64,000 bases of DNA from Rhynchobatus australiae. Lineage: Eukaryota. The notes below the pieces were generated by a model that was given only the letters and a program-made list of their open reading frames with translations, was not told where the DNA came from and searched no databases. Below are positions 49,721 through 62,399 of this stretch, in pieces. The stretch spans positions 20,017,764-20,081,763 of the forward strand of contig JAUZTB010000063.1 in the NCBI GenBank assembly GCA_034780895.1, given 5' to 3'. The position numbers and the translations under genes are program-made. Numbering within the stretch: position 1 is the first letter of the stretch; every line of letters starts with the position of its first letter.

Positions 49721-51339
49721 TCAACCACCCTGACTTCTTATAAGTAGGTCATTTGGTTTAATATTTTGATTATTTATTTTCAATACTTAAGAATATTTGC
49801 ATCATTACTTAAATTTCCCCCCTTTTCCAATGTTATTCAAGATGTTAAGGAACAAAACTTCTCCAAGCATTTGCCCACTTTTGAGATTTAACAGGCTCTT
49901 TGAGTATGAGAAATGCTGTCATTTACCTGAAATCCTGTANNNNNNNNNNNNNNNNNNNNNNNNNNNNNNNNNNNNNNNNNNNNNNNNNNNNNNNNNNNNN
50001 NNNNNNNNNNNNNNNNNNNNNNNNNNNNNNNNNNNNNNNNNNNNNNNNNNNNNNNNNNNNNNNNNNNNNNNNNNNNNNNNNNNNNNNNNNNNNNNNNNNN
50101 NNNNNNNNNNNNNNNNNAATATTTATATAGAACTTACAGGAAGAATTTGGCCTTTTGGTCCTGACTGACTCTTGTCACTGTTGATGTTGCATGTGAGACT
50201 TTTTTCCCATCTAATTCATCTGTCCTTTTAACACTTCCATCTAATCCTTCTGATCCTGTCTCCTTCGTGCATATATCCAGGTTCCCTCCAAATGCAACAA
50301 TGCTATCCACTTCCACGTGTCATGTGATTCTGCATTCCACTCAATTGCCAACCTAGAATGTGCACTCAAGTCTTTGGGCTTGTATGTGTGATGTTCTGAC
50401 TCAAAAAGGCAATAATGTTACCACTGAGCTAAGGCTGTTGCCTTAAATAAGCATGCAGGGATGATGTTTATGTGTGAAGAATGCCAATGTGAATGCAGGG
50501 GTTTTGGAGAAGAGAATTGTCTGTAAAAGAGCAAGGAATTGAACAGAATGCAGTATCTCTCGAACCACATATGAATGAATGAAATGCCTTTAAGTTTAAA
50601 CATTGGGTTGGGGTTAGATCCAGGAGAATGACTATTAAAATAATTACTGGTAAGTTGCATTGATGGAAAAGGCAAATGTTTTAAATTATTTTAATCTAAC
50701 ATTTTTAATCACAAAGAATATTGGTATTTTGTAATATTCATGTAATATTTTAGTTTTAATGTCAAAATTGTAAAATTTTCCAGAGGGATGTTTTATTAGT
50801 AATGCACCAGTTTTGCATTGTCAAGACTTAGATTTTTGCTTCATAATTAATGGTCTTACATTAATATTCCTCTATTGTGTATACCTAAATTTGATTGGTT
50901 GCTTTTACATGTTAGTGCCTTTCTTTACTCATCGGTTACTGGGGTCAGCATCAATTATTTTGAAGCTGTTGGTCAGCTTTTGCTATTTTTCTCAGTGACT
51001 TAATATGACATATTAAGTTATTGACCAATGTACAAATTAAGCAGTTATACAATTCTCTCTGATTTCAAGAAACTAGTGAAATTGGAAGCAGGAACCTACA
51101 GGCCAGTTTGCCTAACATTTGCCAAGAGGAAAATGCTGGAATCCATTATTAAGAAAGTAGTAGCAGGGTATTTAGGAAATTATAATATAATCAAGCAGAA
51201 TTAACATGGTGTCAAAATGGAGACACAAGAGACTGCAGATGCTAGAATCTGGTGTAACAAGTAATCTGCTGGAGGAGCTCAAGGGTCGAGCAGCATCTGT
51301 GGGAGGAAAGGAATTATCAAAACCCTGCATCAGGACCTG

Positions 51340-51600
51340 ATGTGCTGCACTATCACAGGAGATATTAAATAAAGACCTATCTGCCCTCTTAGGTGGGCAT
51401 TAAAGATTCCATGGCATTATTTCAGTGAAAAATTGGTGAAATCTCCTGGTACCCAGTCAACAGTTATCTCTGAAGCGGCTCTTAAAACAGATATACATTA
51501 ATTTATTTAATGTCTTTTGTGGGACCTTGCTTTGGAAAAATCATCTGTTCAGCTTTGCCACATTACAGCTGTGCCTAAACATCAAAAGCCACTCTTGCAT
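51340..51600 (+). mobile_element. Deu-domain SINE remnant (related copies at ~3320-3460 -, ~7340-7600 +, ~47200-47425 -, ~53690-53875 +)
   Basis: Recurrent GTGCTGCACT...TTAAA...CCTATCTGCC and TTTGTGGGACCTTGCT motifs, characteristic of DeuSINE-type elements from recall. Confidence 0.45.
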
Positions 51601-53319
51601 TTGAGAGCATTCCTTCCAAATATGGTCAAACTAGTACTCTTTGCTTTTCCTTTGTTCAGGCTCGCATTCTTCTTTCCATGGTATTTTCCATCCCCATTCC
51701 CTTTCAATAAAGGCTGGCATTCTTCCTTCTTATTTCTGCAATACATGGTACTATCAGTCTTTTCTCATCCCCAATTGTGGTCTGGACCACCTTCTCCCTT
51801 GTCCTCAAAACACTGACTCTCCTACACCAACAGCCATTTACGTTCATTTTCAGGTCCTCCCTGTATTATGAACACCTGACTTATGGACATCCATGCAAGT
51901 GAACAAGCATTGAGAGGCCGGAGGGATGGATGGGGATGGCTTCTGCAGGGCTGCAGGCATCTTCTGCTGGATGGGCACAGGGCATTTCTGCTTGCCTTCT
52001 CTCCCCACCACATTCCCACCTCCCNNNNNNNNNNNNNNNNNNNNNNNNNNNNNNNNNNNNNNNNNNNNNNNNNNNNNNNNNNNNNNNNNNNNNNNNNNNN
52101 NNNNNNNNNCTCACTCACTGAGTCAGTGAGGCTGGCTGGTGACCAATCATCTTGCGCCTGCTCACTCTCCCGTCATAGCTGTCCCTGTAATATTCTCCTA
52201 CATACTGTTGTTGTTCATTTCCAACGTACAAACAGTTCTCAGTAACCTAGGAACTTCCTGTAGCGGGAAAGTGTTGACATTATGTGATATTATGGTGCTT
52301 GTTTTATCAAAGCACTGAAATAGAATATTGCAGTTCCTTGTTAAAACCACAGAATGGTGGAAATACTTAACAGGCCAGACTGCATACAAAGGAGTCTGAT
52401 CTGCCTCTTATGCACTATTTTATGCCTTTATTTCAGTCTTCTAGAATCCATTGTATTTTGCTTTGATGTGGTGCTGCCTCTTGTATTTCTAGTTGGATGT
52501 TATGCATATAAAGCCAATCTGCAACGCAGATAACCTGCCTTAATAAAATGTACCATCAATTTAACAGAATAGACCAAGAGATTAAACACTTCACTGCAGT
52601 GTATCAAGTATCCAATCAGATACTCTACCATAAAAATCAAGTAGACAAAAATAATGCTGTGATACAAATGCAATTATGGATTGGTATCCCCACAAAAAAA
52701 GAGCAGACAAACATCAATGAGTATCAAGGGGAAAATGCTCCAGTGGTTAGTCTTGTCTAGTGCAAAGAGAGATGGCTATGCTTGTAGGCAGCCAGTAATT
52801 CCATCCCCAGGACATCATTGCAGGAGTTCCCCAGCTGTTTCATCAATGATCTTCCTTCCATCATAATGTCTGAGATGTGGAAGCTTGCTGATGTTTGCAA
52901 TTCTTTTAACAACTACTCAGCAAATAAAATAGTCTACACCTACATACAGTAAGAACCGGACAATATCCAGACATCTTCAGTTGTCACAAAGGGCCTTTGA
53001 GCAAATACATTAACTTTGTTTCTTTTTCCACAGATGCTGCCTAACCAGCTGTGCAACTCCAGCATTTTTGTTTTTGTCTCCGGGAGCTAACTGGTGAGGA
53101 TGTATGTGACAGTTATTAAGCAAAGGAGCAGATTAGCTTTCTTCAGCTTTTCTAAAAAGCTGCTTTATTAGCAAATACACGATGGATGCAATAATGAAGA
53201 AATATTTGTCTATCCATCCATTGCTTTGATCATTTGACAAAATTTGAAAGTTGTAGGATTTTTATATTCACCCATCACTTAAAACTTTCACTCCTTGAAT
53301 TTCCATTAGGGCACATTAG

Positions 53320-53635
53320 ATCACAAGACAAAGGAGCAGAAGTAGGCCATTCGGCCCATCGAGTCTGCTCCATGAGCTAAACTAAACTATTCCTATCTAG
53401 CCCCAATTTCTGGCCTTTTCCCCATATCCTTGACTAATTAGATACTTATCAATCTCCTCCTTAAACTCCCCCAGTGATCGGGCCTCCACAGCTGTATGTG
53501 GCAAAGAATTCTATAAATTCACTACCCTCTGGCTAAAGAAATTTCTCCTCATTTCCATTCTAAACAATTACCCTCTAATTCTAAGACTGTGCCCTGCAGG
53601 TCCTGAATTCACCCACCAAGGGAAACAGCTTAGCC
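53320..53635 (-). mobile_element. Young CR1 3' end
   Basis: Near-identical to 54549-54830. Confidence 0.85.
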
Positions 53636-54134
53636 TGACTGTTGGGGTCTTCCCAGCTTTTCAGATTTTCGATACCTTCAGTTTTTATGCTCATAAATTG
53701 TACCAATTATCTCGTTGTTATCATCTTTCTTTTTATGGGATGTGATGTGCACAAATCATTGTCTGCAGTCCTTACATCCCAACACTCAAAATGCCATAGC
53801 ACATATGCCATTGGCTGTAAAATGCTTCGGGACATCCTGGGGTTGTATAAGGTTCTATATAAATGCAAGTTGTTTCTTTTTGTGTCACCTGTGATGTGGG
53901 TCATGCCTACGTTGGGGCCAGGCTTCCGAATCCAGCCACACCCTGAAGTGCAATGAGCCCGTGTTACCAAGCACCTCTCCAGGGCCCGTCTCCGGACTGA
54001 TTCTTGTCTTCGTTTTCTCAGGATCCAGACTTTGCAGGAAAGACCAGCATTTACTACCCACACTAATTCCCTTTGAGAAGATGGGGGGAGGGGGGCACCT
54101 TCATAAACTGTTGCAGTCCCACTGGTGAGGGTAA

Positions 54135-54448
54135 AAAAATAAGCTGCTGGGGGAACTCAGCGGGTCAGGCAGCATCTGTGGAGGGAGATGGACCGTCGAC
54201 GATTTGGGTCAAGACCCTTCATCTGGACTGATAGAGGGGAAATAGTATAAAGTGAGGGGAAGGGATGGAGTGAAAGGTGACAAGTGATGGGTGGATCCAG
54301 GTGAGGGGGCGATAGGTGGATCCAGGTGAGGGGTGATGGGTGGATCCAGGTGAGGGGGCAATAGGTGGATCCAGGTGAGGGGTGATGGGTTGATCCAGGT
54401 GAGGGGGCGATAGGTGGATCCAGGTGAGGGGTGATGGGTGATGGGTGG
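54135..54448 (-). mobile_element. PLE terminal fragment with hammerhead-like core and internal minisatellite
   Basis: Reverse strand reads AGTC-CAGATGA-A-GGGTC-TT-GACCC-AAAT-CGTC-GAC at 54195-54229. Confidence 0.7.
54291..54440. repeat. Minisatellite: alternating 25/24-nt units (49-bp higher-order repeat x3)
   Basis: GTGGATCCAGGTGAGGGGGCGATAG alternates with GTGGATCCAGGTGAGGGGTGATGG; six units, running into a gap. Confidence 0.95.
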
Positions 54449-54548
54449 NNNNNNNNNNNNNNNNNNNNNNNNNNNNNNNNNNNNNNNNNNNNNNNNNNNN
54501 NNNNNNNNNNNNNNNNNNNNNNNNNNNNNNNNNNNNNNNNNNNNNNNN

Positions 54549-54985
54549 TGCTCCATGAGCTAAACTAAACTATTCCTATCTAGCCCCAATTGCTGGGCTT
54601 ATCCCAATATCCCTTGATACCTTGACTAACTAGATACCTATCAAAATCCTCCTTAAACGTCCCCAAGGATCGGGCCTCCACAGCTGTATGTGGCAAAGAA
54701 TTCCATAAATTCACTACCCTCTGGTTAAAGAAATATCTCCTCATTTCTGTTTTAAATGGGTACCCTCTAAATCTAAGACTGTGCCCTCTAGTCCTGGACT
54801 CACCCACCAAGGGAAACAGCTTAACCACATCTACTCTATCCAGTCTATGAGGTCCCCTCTCATTCTTCTGTACTCCAGTGAGTACAATCCAAGAGCTGAC
54901 AAACGCTTATCGTATGTAAGCCCTTTCATTCCAGGAATCATCCTCGTAAATCTTTTCTGAACCCTCTCCAACATCAGTACACCAA
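54549..54985 (-). mobile_element. Young CR1 3' end
   Basis: LFPLVGESRTRGHSLRFRGYPFKTEMRRYFFNQRVVNLWNSLP. Confidence 0.9.
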
Positions 54986-56699
54986 GATAACTTGATCCTT
55001 GTTTTGCTTAAATCCAGCAGCACCAGCAAGATTAGAAGCAGGCAATCATTACTAAGACAGGCCTGATTCACTCATGTTGTATATGTGATCTGGAGACAAG
55101 TATGTTCTATTAATAATGTAGTGAAGGAGTCCCAATGTTCCTCTGCTGGTTCATNNNNNNNNNNNNNNNNNNNNNNNNNNNNNNNNNNNNNNNNNNNNNN
55201 NNNNNNNNNNNNNNNNNNNNNNNNNNNNNNNNNNNNNNNNNNNNNNNNNNNNNNNNNNNNNNNNNNNNNNNNNNNNNNNNNNNNNNNNNNNNNNNNNNNN
55301 NNNNNNNNNNNNNNNNNNNNNNNNNNNNNNNNNNNNNNNNNNNNNNNNNNNNNNNNNNNNNNNNNNNNNNNNNNNNNNNNNNNNNNNCCATAGTGGGTGG
55401 AACCACTGATATTTCTTGATAAGCACAAAGTACAATCACACTAAACACAATAGAAAAGCAGGACACAATTAGGATGAACTGCTGGTAGAGCTGTGCTGTC
55501 TAGCTCTGCTGGGGAATCCAGTTACTTGAGAATGGTGAATTGTGTTGAGATGTTACACCTTGCCCATTACTTGAATATGCTGGATGATGGGGGAGCTGGA
55601 GAAGTCAGTTTTAATTGTAATAGTCACACCACAAAAGTACTAGACAATGGCCTTATTCATGAAGAGTCTAGCCACCTATGCCTGATGTTCACCAACAATA
55701 CCATTGCTAGGTACTGTACCATCAACATCCTGGAGGTTACCACTGACTAGAAGCTTAACAGGACCAGTCACATAAATACTGTGCCAATAATAGCAGGCCA
55801 GAGACTGGGTATCCTGTGGGGAGTTACCCATCTTCTGACACACCAAAGTCTTTCCAACATCTAAAAAGTGCAAGTCAGTAGTATGATGTAACAATCTTCA
55901 CTTGCCTGGAAGAGTGCAGCTCCAACAATACTCAAGAATCTAAGCCTCATCCAGGACAAATCAGCTCTTTTGATTGGTACCTCTTCCACCACCGTAGACA
56001 TTTATTCTCTCCACCATAGTTACACAGTAACTGCAGTTTGCATCTACAAAATGTGAACTGCAATACCTCAGCTAAGTTCATCCAGATCTTCCCCCAAACA
56101 TGCAACCATTACCAGCACAAGAGACAAAGATTTCAGGCTCATGGAAACACCACCACCTGCAGGTTCCCCTCTAAATCAGACATCATCCTGACTTGGAAAT
56201 ATTTCAACATGCCTTCATTGTCACTGGATCTAAGTCCTGGAACGCCCTGCTCAAGAGCATTGTGGGAGTACCCTCATCAGAAGGACTTCAGTGTTCCAAG
56301 ATGTTTAGTGTTCAGTGTCCAACTTGTCAAGGCCAATCAGGAAGAGGCCTTGCCTGTGACATCCAGATCCCCAAAATGAATAAACTAAGAAAAATAGTAT
56401 ATTGGTGTCTGTTTATTCCATGCTGCAGTTGATCAATTCATGATTACATTTGTTTTGCAGGGCGTTCATTTTACTTGATGTTTTACGGTAATGTGTCTTG
56501 TTGGATACTGTACTTAATGCACTACAGTAGTGTCTGCTCGCTTGCCGTATTCTGTTATATTTACAGTTCACTGTTAGACAGGTTATGTATCTTACTAATC
56601 AGCTATATATTCAGTTTGCAGTTACAGAGTTTATTTTGTGAATTGCTAGAAATGGGAAGTTGGTATTTGGCTGAATTTCGAAAAAATTATGGTAGCTTG

Positions 56700-57420
56700 G
56701 AGTAGGTAGTGGTACACTCGGTGTTTTGTGGTAGTTTACTTTTATTTCTCGGTGTATTACGGTGCATTCGCTATATATTAGGTGCTTTGCGGTATGTTCA
56801 CTTTCTGGTGTATTGCGGTATGGATTTTGCATATTTTGTGTATTGCGGTTGACTCACTGTATATTTGGTGTAATGCGATATGAAGTTTTGGGGATGAGAT
56901 TGGTTAGGTTCGTTATATATTTGGTGTATTGCGGTAGGCTTTCTATATATTCGGTTTATTACGGTAGGGTAACTACTTGGTGTACTGNNNNNNNNNNNNN
57001 NNNNNNNNNNNNNNNNNNNNNNNNNNNTATTGCGGTAGAGTTGCTATATATTCGGTGTATTACGGTATCTGGAGTAGTGTGGGGGTCGGTGTATTGTGCA
57101 TATTACGGCATCGGGAGGGTGGTCTGTACTCCGCGGTATTACGGTAGGTTGGAGCTTGTCTGGCGGGTGGATGGGAAAGGCTGTTGCTCTGAGCTCGGCA
57201 GCGGCGTCACGGTCAGAAACAGTCCTGATTTAAAAAGGCAAGGAATTTGGGAAATCGGCTGTTATCAGCGTTTCTGAAGAGGGAGATTGGCGGAAAGAGC
57301 TCGTGTAGAAATGGGAATGATCGCGGAAATGTAATATGCTGGTAAGTGATAACTTTGTGAGGAGCCGAGAGAATCAATTTTAAAAAGAAAGGCTGGTTTT
57401 GGACAACTATCGTTGAGCAG
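56700..57420 (+). promoter_or_regulatory. Second CpG-retaining region; candidate non-coding first exon ending at CTG|GTAAGT (~57341), possibly of the next gene (PHTF2 expected by synteny)
   Basis: CpG density and a consensus donor site. No coding evidence. Confidence 0.35.
56715..57150. repeat. Degenerate ~30-bp tandem repeat, core (TATATATT)CGGTGTATT(G/A)CGGTA
   Basis: About a dozen imperfect copies of GGTGTATTGCGGT separated by variable linkers; interrupted by a gap. Confidence 0.8.
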
Positions 57421-58434
57421 TAAGTGATGTGGATTAGAAATGGATGAAGGCGCTTGGATTTGCTAATGTTTGAAATAATGAGACTACGTAGTGGCTGGAT
57501 ATAATAAACCTATTTAAATTTAAGCTAACCGTGATGGTGTGTTGNNNNNNNNNNNNNNNNNNNNNNNNNNNNNNNNNNNNNNNNNNNNNNNNNNNNNGCA
57601 GTTTTATTCCTGTGAGGGGCCTATCGATTCATTCTCCAGGGCTGTGGATGTATTTTGTTGAATAGAGTTCATTTCTTGTTTTAAGATTGCCTTGTTGATG
57701 TGATGGATGCCGGCTAGTATTCGATGAGCTATTTGAAAGAAATAAATAATTTAGTCCTTCGGTTTTGATAGCAGTGGTGCACCATTCTGTATTGTTTCTC
57801 CTTGGTAATTCAGTATGTAAAGAAAATTGTGAAGGTACTAGAAAGGAAGTAACCCTTTGTTTTAGAATAAGGCCTGGAAGGATCGACCAAAAATGTAACA
57901 TCAGAATTCTGCTTGGGGCATATTTGAGCTCATCAAGAAGTCTGTAAACCACAGTGAAGAAAGTGCTTCTATTTTTTTCCTTGCTGTATAATTAACTTTC
58001 TATTTTTGCAAATGGTATAATGCAAAAGCACTATGTCTGTATTCCTATTTGCTCATAAATGAACATCTGATCTTTCACTGATTTAACTGGGACTGAAATT
58101 AGTTATTTAGCAAGTCTTGATGTGCTTGCCAGTACTTTGGTCTTCACGTGGGTGACCTTGGTTTATCAATGTGCAGCATCCGCAAGCATTCTTGAAGCCC
58201 TGCATTGGTATGACGTGGTACGCTGTGTATAGCTTGTTCTTCAGATGCCCTCTGTTTTATCTTTGGTTTAGTTATGTCATTTTTGAGTGATTCCCAACCA
58301 TCTTTTCTAGTATTTTCCCTTAAAGAGAATATTCAGCTATATACTGAGTGATGGGGTATAACATGAGGTGATTTTGTTTTCAATACAAGAATAGTAAATC
58401 AATTCAACCTGTGGCTCAGGTGAAAACTTCAAAT

Positions 58435-58790
58435 GGAGACACAAGAGACTGCAGATGCTGGAATATGGAGTAACAAACAATCTGCTGGAAGAACTCAGTG
58501 GGTTGAGCAGCATCTGTGGCAGGGGGAGGAGGAATTGGCAACGTATCAGGTCGAAGCTCTGCATCAGGACTAAGGAGAGTTAGCCAGTATAAAGAGGAGA
58601 CGGGCCAGTCGGTGATTGATGGATTGAGGAAGGGTGGAGTTGGGAGACAGACAGGTGGATGATAGATGGAGGCAGGCAGAAAAAACAGAGCCAGGTAGGG
58701 GAGGGAAGTGTTAAGGCGGAGGCAGCTAAGAGGGTAATAAAGTAACAACACAATGGCTACCAGTGCTGGAATCTGATGTGTTTCTCTAAC
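58435..58790 (-). mobile_element. PLE terminal fragment
   Basis: GAGACACAAGAGACTGCAGATGCTGGAAT terminus shared with ~26325, ~27582 and ~51222; hammerhead-like core at 58536-58571. Confidence 0.7.
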
Positions 58791-59009
58791 TTAAAATTTG
58801 AAAATTCATTATGGTCTGCCTTCATGTAGGGAAGGATAACTTTTCATTTTCTGAATATCGGCATTGAAAGTGATCTATGCATTATAAAATGGGCTAAGGT
58901 TCTCTATTGTGCTTGCTCTGAAACCTGCATGTTTCTCTTTTTCTTTTGCCTCCTCAAACTTGTTCGTGAGCCTTGCGCTCTGCTTCCATGGCCCTATTAG
59001 AAGATAAAA

Positions 59010-62000
59010 CCATAAGAAATGAGAGCAGGAGTAGTTCAATAAGTTCATGGCTGATCTGGCTGTGGGCTCGGATCCACCTACCTGGCTTTTCCCCATAGCC
59101 CTTGCAAACAATCCCCCTAGGACATTGACCCCAGTCATGCCAAGTTTAGACCGTCCAGTTTGTACAGGTCACACCTCCCCCAGAACCAGTTCCAATCCCC
59201 CAGGAATCTAAAACCCTCCCTCTATCATATCTCTCCCTTTCATAATTTTATATATTTCTATAAGATCCCCTCTCATTCTTCTGAATTCCAGCAAGTATAG
59301 TCTGAGGTGACTCAATCTCTCCTCAGATGCTAACCCCTTCAACTCTGGAATCAACCTGATGAACTTCCTCTGCACCGCTTCCAAAGTCAGTATATCTTTC
59401 CTTAAGTAAGGAGACCAGAATTGCATGCAGTATCCAGGTGCAGCCTCACCAGTACCCCATACAGTTGCAGCATTACCTCCCTGCTCTTAAATTCAATCCC
59501 CCTAGCAATGAAGGCCAACATTTCATTCACCTTCTTGATAACCTGTTGCACCTGCAAACCAACCCTTTTGTGATTCATGCACGAGAACTCCCAAGTCCCT
59601 CTGCACAACATCATGCTGCAATCTTTCACCATTTAAATAATAATCTGATCTTCTATTTTTCTTTCTGAAGTGGATGACCTTGCATTTACCAATGTTGTAC
59701 TCTATCTGCTAGACCCTTGCCCACTCACTTAACCTATCTATATCACTCTGCAGACTCTCCGCATCCTCTGCACAATTTGCTTTTCTACTCAGTTTAGTGT
59801 CATCAGCAAACAGATATGTTACACTCAGTCCCCTCTTCCAAATTGTTAATGTATATTGTGAACATTTGCAGGCCCAGCACCAACCCTTGCAGCACCCCAC
59901 TCACACTGATTGCTGACCAGAGAAATACCCATTTATCCCAACTCTCTGCCTTCTATGGGTTAACCAATCCTCTATCCATGCTAATACATTACCCCAACTC
60001 CATGCATCCTTATCTTATGGATAAGTCTTTTATGCAGCACCTTATCAAATGCCTTCTGGAAATCCAAGTATACAATGTCCACCTGTTCCCCTCTATCCAC
60101 CGCACTAATTATATCCCCAAAAACTCCAGTAAGTTTGTCAAACAGTACCTGCCCTTCCTGAATCCATGCTGTGTCTGCCTCATGGAACCATTTCTATCCA
60201 GATGTCTCACTATTTCTTCCTTAATGATAGCTTCAAGCATTTTCCTGATGACAGACGTTAAGCGAATTGGCCTATAGTTACCTGCCTTTTGCCGACCTTT
60301 TTTAAACAGTGGTGTGACATTCACTGTCTTCCAATCCATTGGGACCTGCCCAGAGTCCAGAGAATTTTGGTAAATTATAACAAACACCTCTACTACAACT
60401 TCTGCCATTTCTTTCAGTACCCTGGGATGCATCCCATCAGGACCTGGGGACTTGTCTACCTTTAGGCCCACTAGTTTGCGCATCACTACCTCTTTAGTGA
60501 CAGTGATTGTATTGAGGTCCTCACCTCCCATCGCCTCCATAACATCTCTTTTTGGCATGTCAGATGTATCCTCCACTATGAAGACCGACACAAAATAGTC
60601 ATTCAAGACCTCAGCCATTTCCACATTACCCAATATTAATTTCTCCTTCTCACCTTCCAAGGAACCTACATTCATTTTAGCTATCCTTTTTTGCTTTATA
60701 TAATTAGAAAAACTTTTAGTATCTGTTTTTATATTTTGTGCTAGTTTACTTTCATAAAGATCCATTAAGCAAGCAATAAGGAAAGGATCTTTGTTGCCTT
60801 TTAAAATTTTCCCAATCTTCCAGTTTCCCACTACTCTTGGCAACTTTGTATGCATGAGCTTTCAGCTTGATGCCTTCTTTTATTTCCTTAGTTATCCAAG
60901 GCTGGCTCTCCCCACCCTTACTGTCCTTGCTTTTAACTGGAATATACTTCTGTTNNNNNNNNNNNNNNNNNNNNNNNNNNNNNNNNNNNNNNNNNNNNNN
61001 NNNNNNNNNNNNNNNNNNNNNNNNNNNNNNNNNNNNNNNNNNNNNNNNNNNNNNCATGCATGAGCTTTTAGCTTGATGCTTTCTTTTATTTCCTTAGTTA
61101 TCCAAGGCTGGCTCTCCCCACCCTTGCTTTTGAATGGAATATACTTTTGTTGACCACTGTGAAAAATCTCTTTGAAAGTCTTCCACTGTCCCACCATATA
61201 GCCTGTGTTTTAGTCTATACCAGCCAACTCCTTCCTCATCCTGTTGTAGTCTCCCTTGATTAGGCATAATGCACTGGTTTTAGATCGAACTATCGCACCC
61301 TCCATTTGTATGAGAAATGCAGCAATACTGTGATCACTTTTTCCAAGAGGATCCCTAACTACAAGATGATTTAATTTTACCTGTCTCACCTGTACAGGAT
61401 GAGATCTAAGATAGCACTTTCCCTTGTAAGTTCATTAACATGCTGTTCAGGAAAGCTATCACAGATGCAGTCTATGAAGTCTTTCTCAAGACTGCCTCGA
61501 TCAACTTAATTCACCCAATCCATGTGGAAGTTAAAGTCCTCCATGACAACTGCCATTCCATTCTTGCATGCATCAAATATTTCTTGGTTTATGCCTGTAC
61601 CACTTTTTTTTTCCCTTTTACTATTCCTAATCTCTACCTAGATGGATTCAACATTCTGCTCCCTAGATCTTGTACACTCTCACTATCAACCTGATCTCAT
61701 TCTTAATTAGGAGCGCTCCCCCACATCCCTTACCTTCCTGCCTATCCTTCCATATTACCTGATACCCTTGGATATTTAATTCCCGCGCATCTCCACCCTG
61801 CCACCATGTTTCTGTAATGGCCACTAAATCATACCCCTTTGTACTGATTTGTCCACACATTCACTGACCTTGTTTCAAATACTACAGCCATTCAGATAAA
61901 GTGCCCTGATACTCATTATCCTTTTAGAATCTAATAACCTTTGTGTCCTTTGCATTTGACTTTTCTGTACTTCACTCTTACTTTTTTCCAACTTCTGCTC

Positions 62001-62317
62001 TGNNNNNNNNNNNNNNNNNNNNNNNNNNNNNNNNNNNNNNNNNNNNNNNNNNNNNNNNNNNNNNNNNNNNNNNNNNNNNNNNNNNNNNNNNNNNNNNNNN
62101 NNCTCTTTTAGTCTCTGCAGTGCTTCCCTCTGTCTTTCTGCATGGATTCCCATCCCCCTGCCATATTAGTTCAAACTCTCCCCAATGGCACTAGCAAATA
62201 ATCCCCCTGGGACATTGATCCCAGTCATGCCTAAGTGTAGCCCATCCTGTTTGTACTGGTTACACCTCCCCCAGAACCAGTTCCAATTCCCCAGGAATCT
62301 AAAACCCTCCCTCCTGC
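59010..62317 (-). mobile_element. Long CR1 LINE: ORF1 C-terminus (SGNH-esterase-like DGLHL), APE endonuclease and RT; frameshifted and rearranged
   Basis: Peptides YDLVAITETW, KSPGPDGMHPRVLKE, GNYRPIRLTSVIRKMLE, QHGFRKGRYCLTNLLEF and LFADDTKL; ORF1 end CRREGFRFLGNWNWFWGRCNQYKQDGLHL...GESLN*. Confidence 0.92.
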
Positions 62318-62399
62318 AATATTCCCAGTGCAATGTTGCCCACCAGTTTCATTCTTAGTTCCATTATTAGCTGATGTTATTAATGGATCTCTCTTGGGA

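Noticed and set aside
56715-57150. CRISPR-like repeat-spacer appearance
   Set aside because: Vertebrate locus; repeats are degenerate, linkers are short and mutually related, and there are no cas genes.
56762-57277. 171-aa ORF
   Set aside because: Translation of the degenerate tandem repeat read through a gap.
60109-60855. 248-aa ORF as a host gene
   Set aside because: Frameshifted fragment of CR1 ORF2.
59104-62313. LTR retrotransposon interpretation of the direct repeats
   Set aside because: The repeats are CR1 ORF1 coding sequence, lack TG...CA ends and a TSD, and the interior encodes an APE/non-LTR RT.
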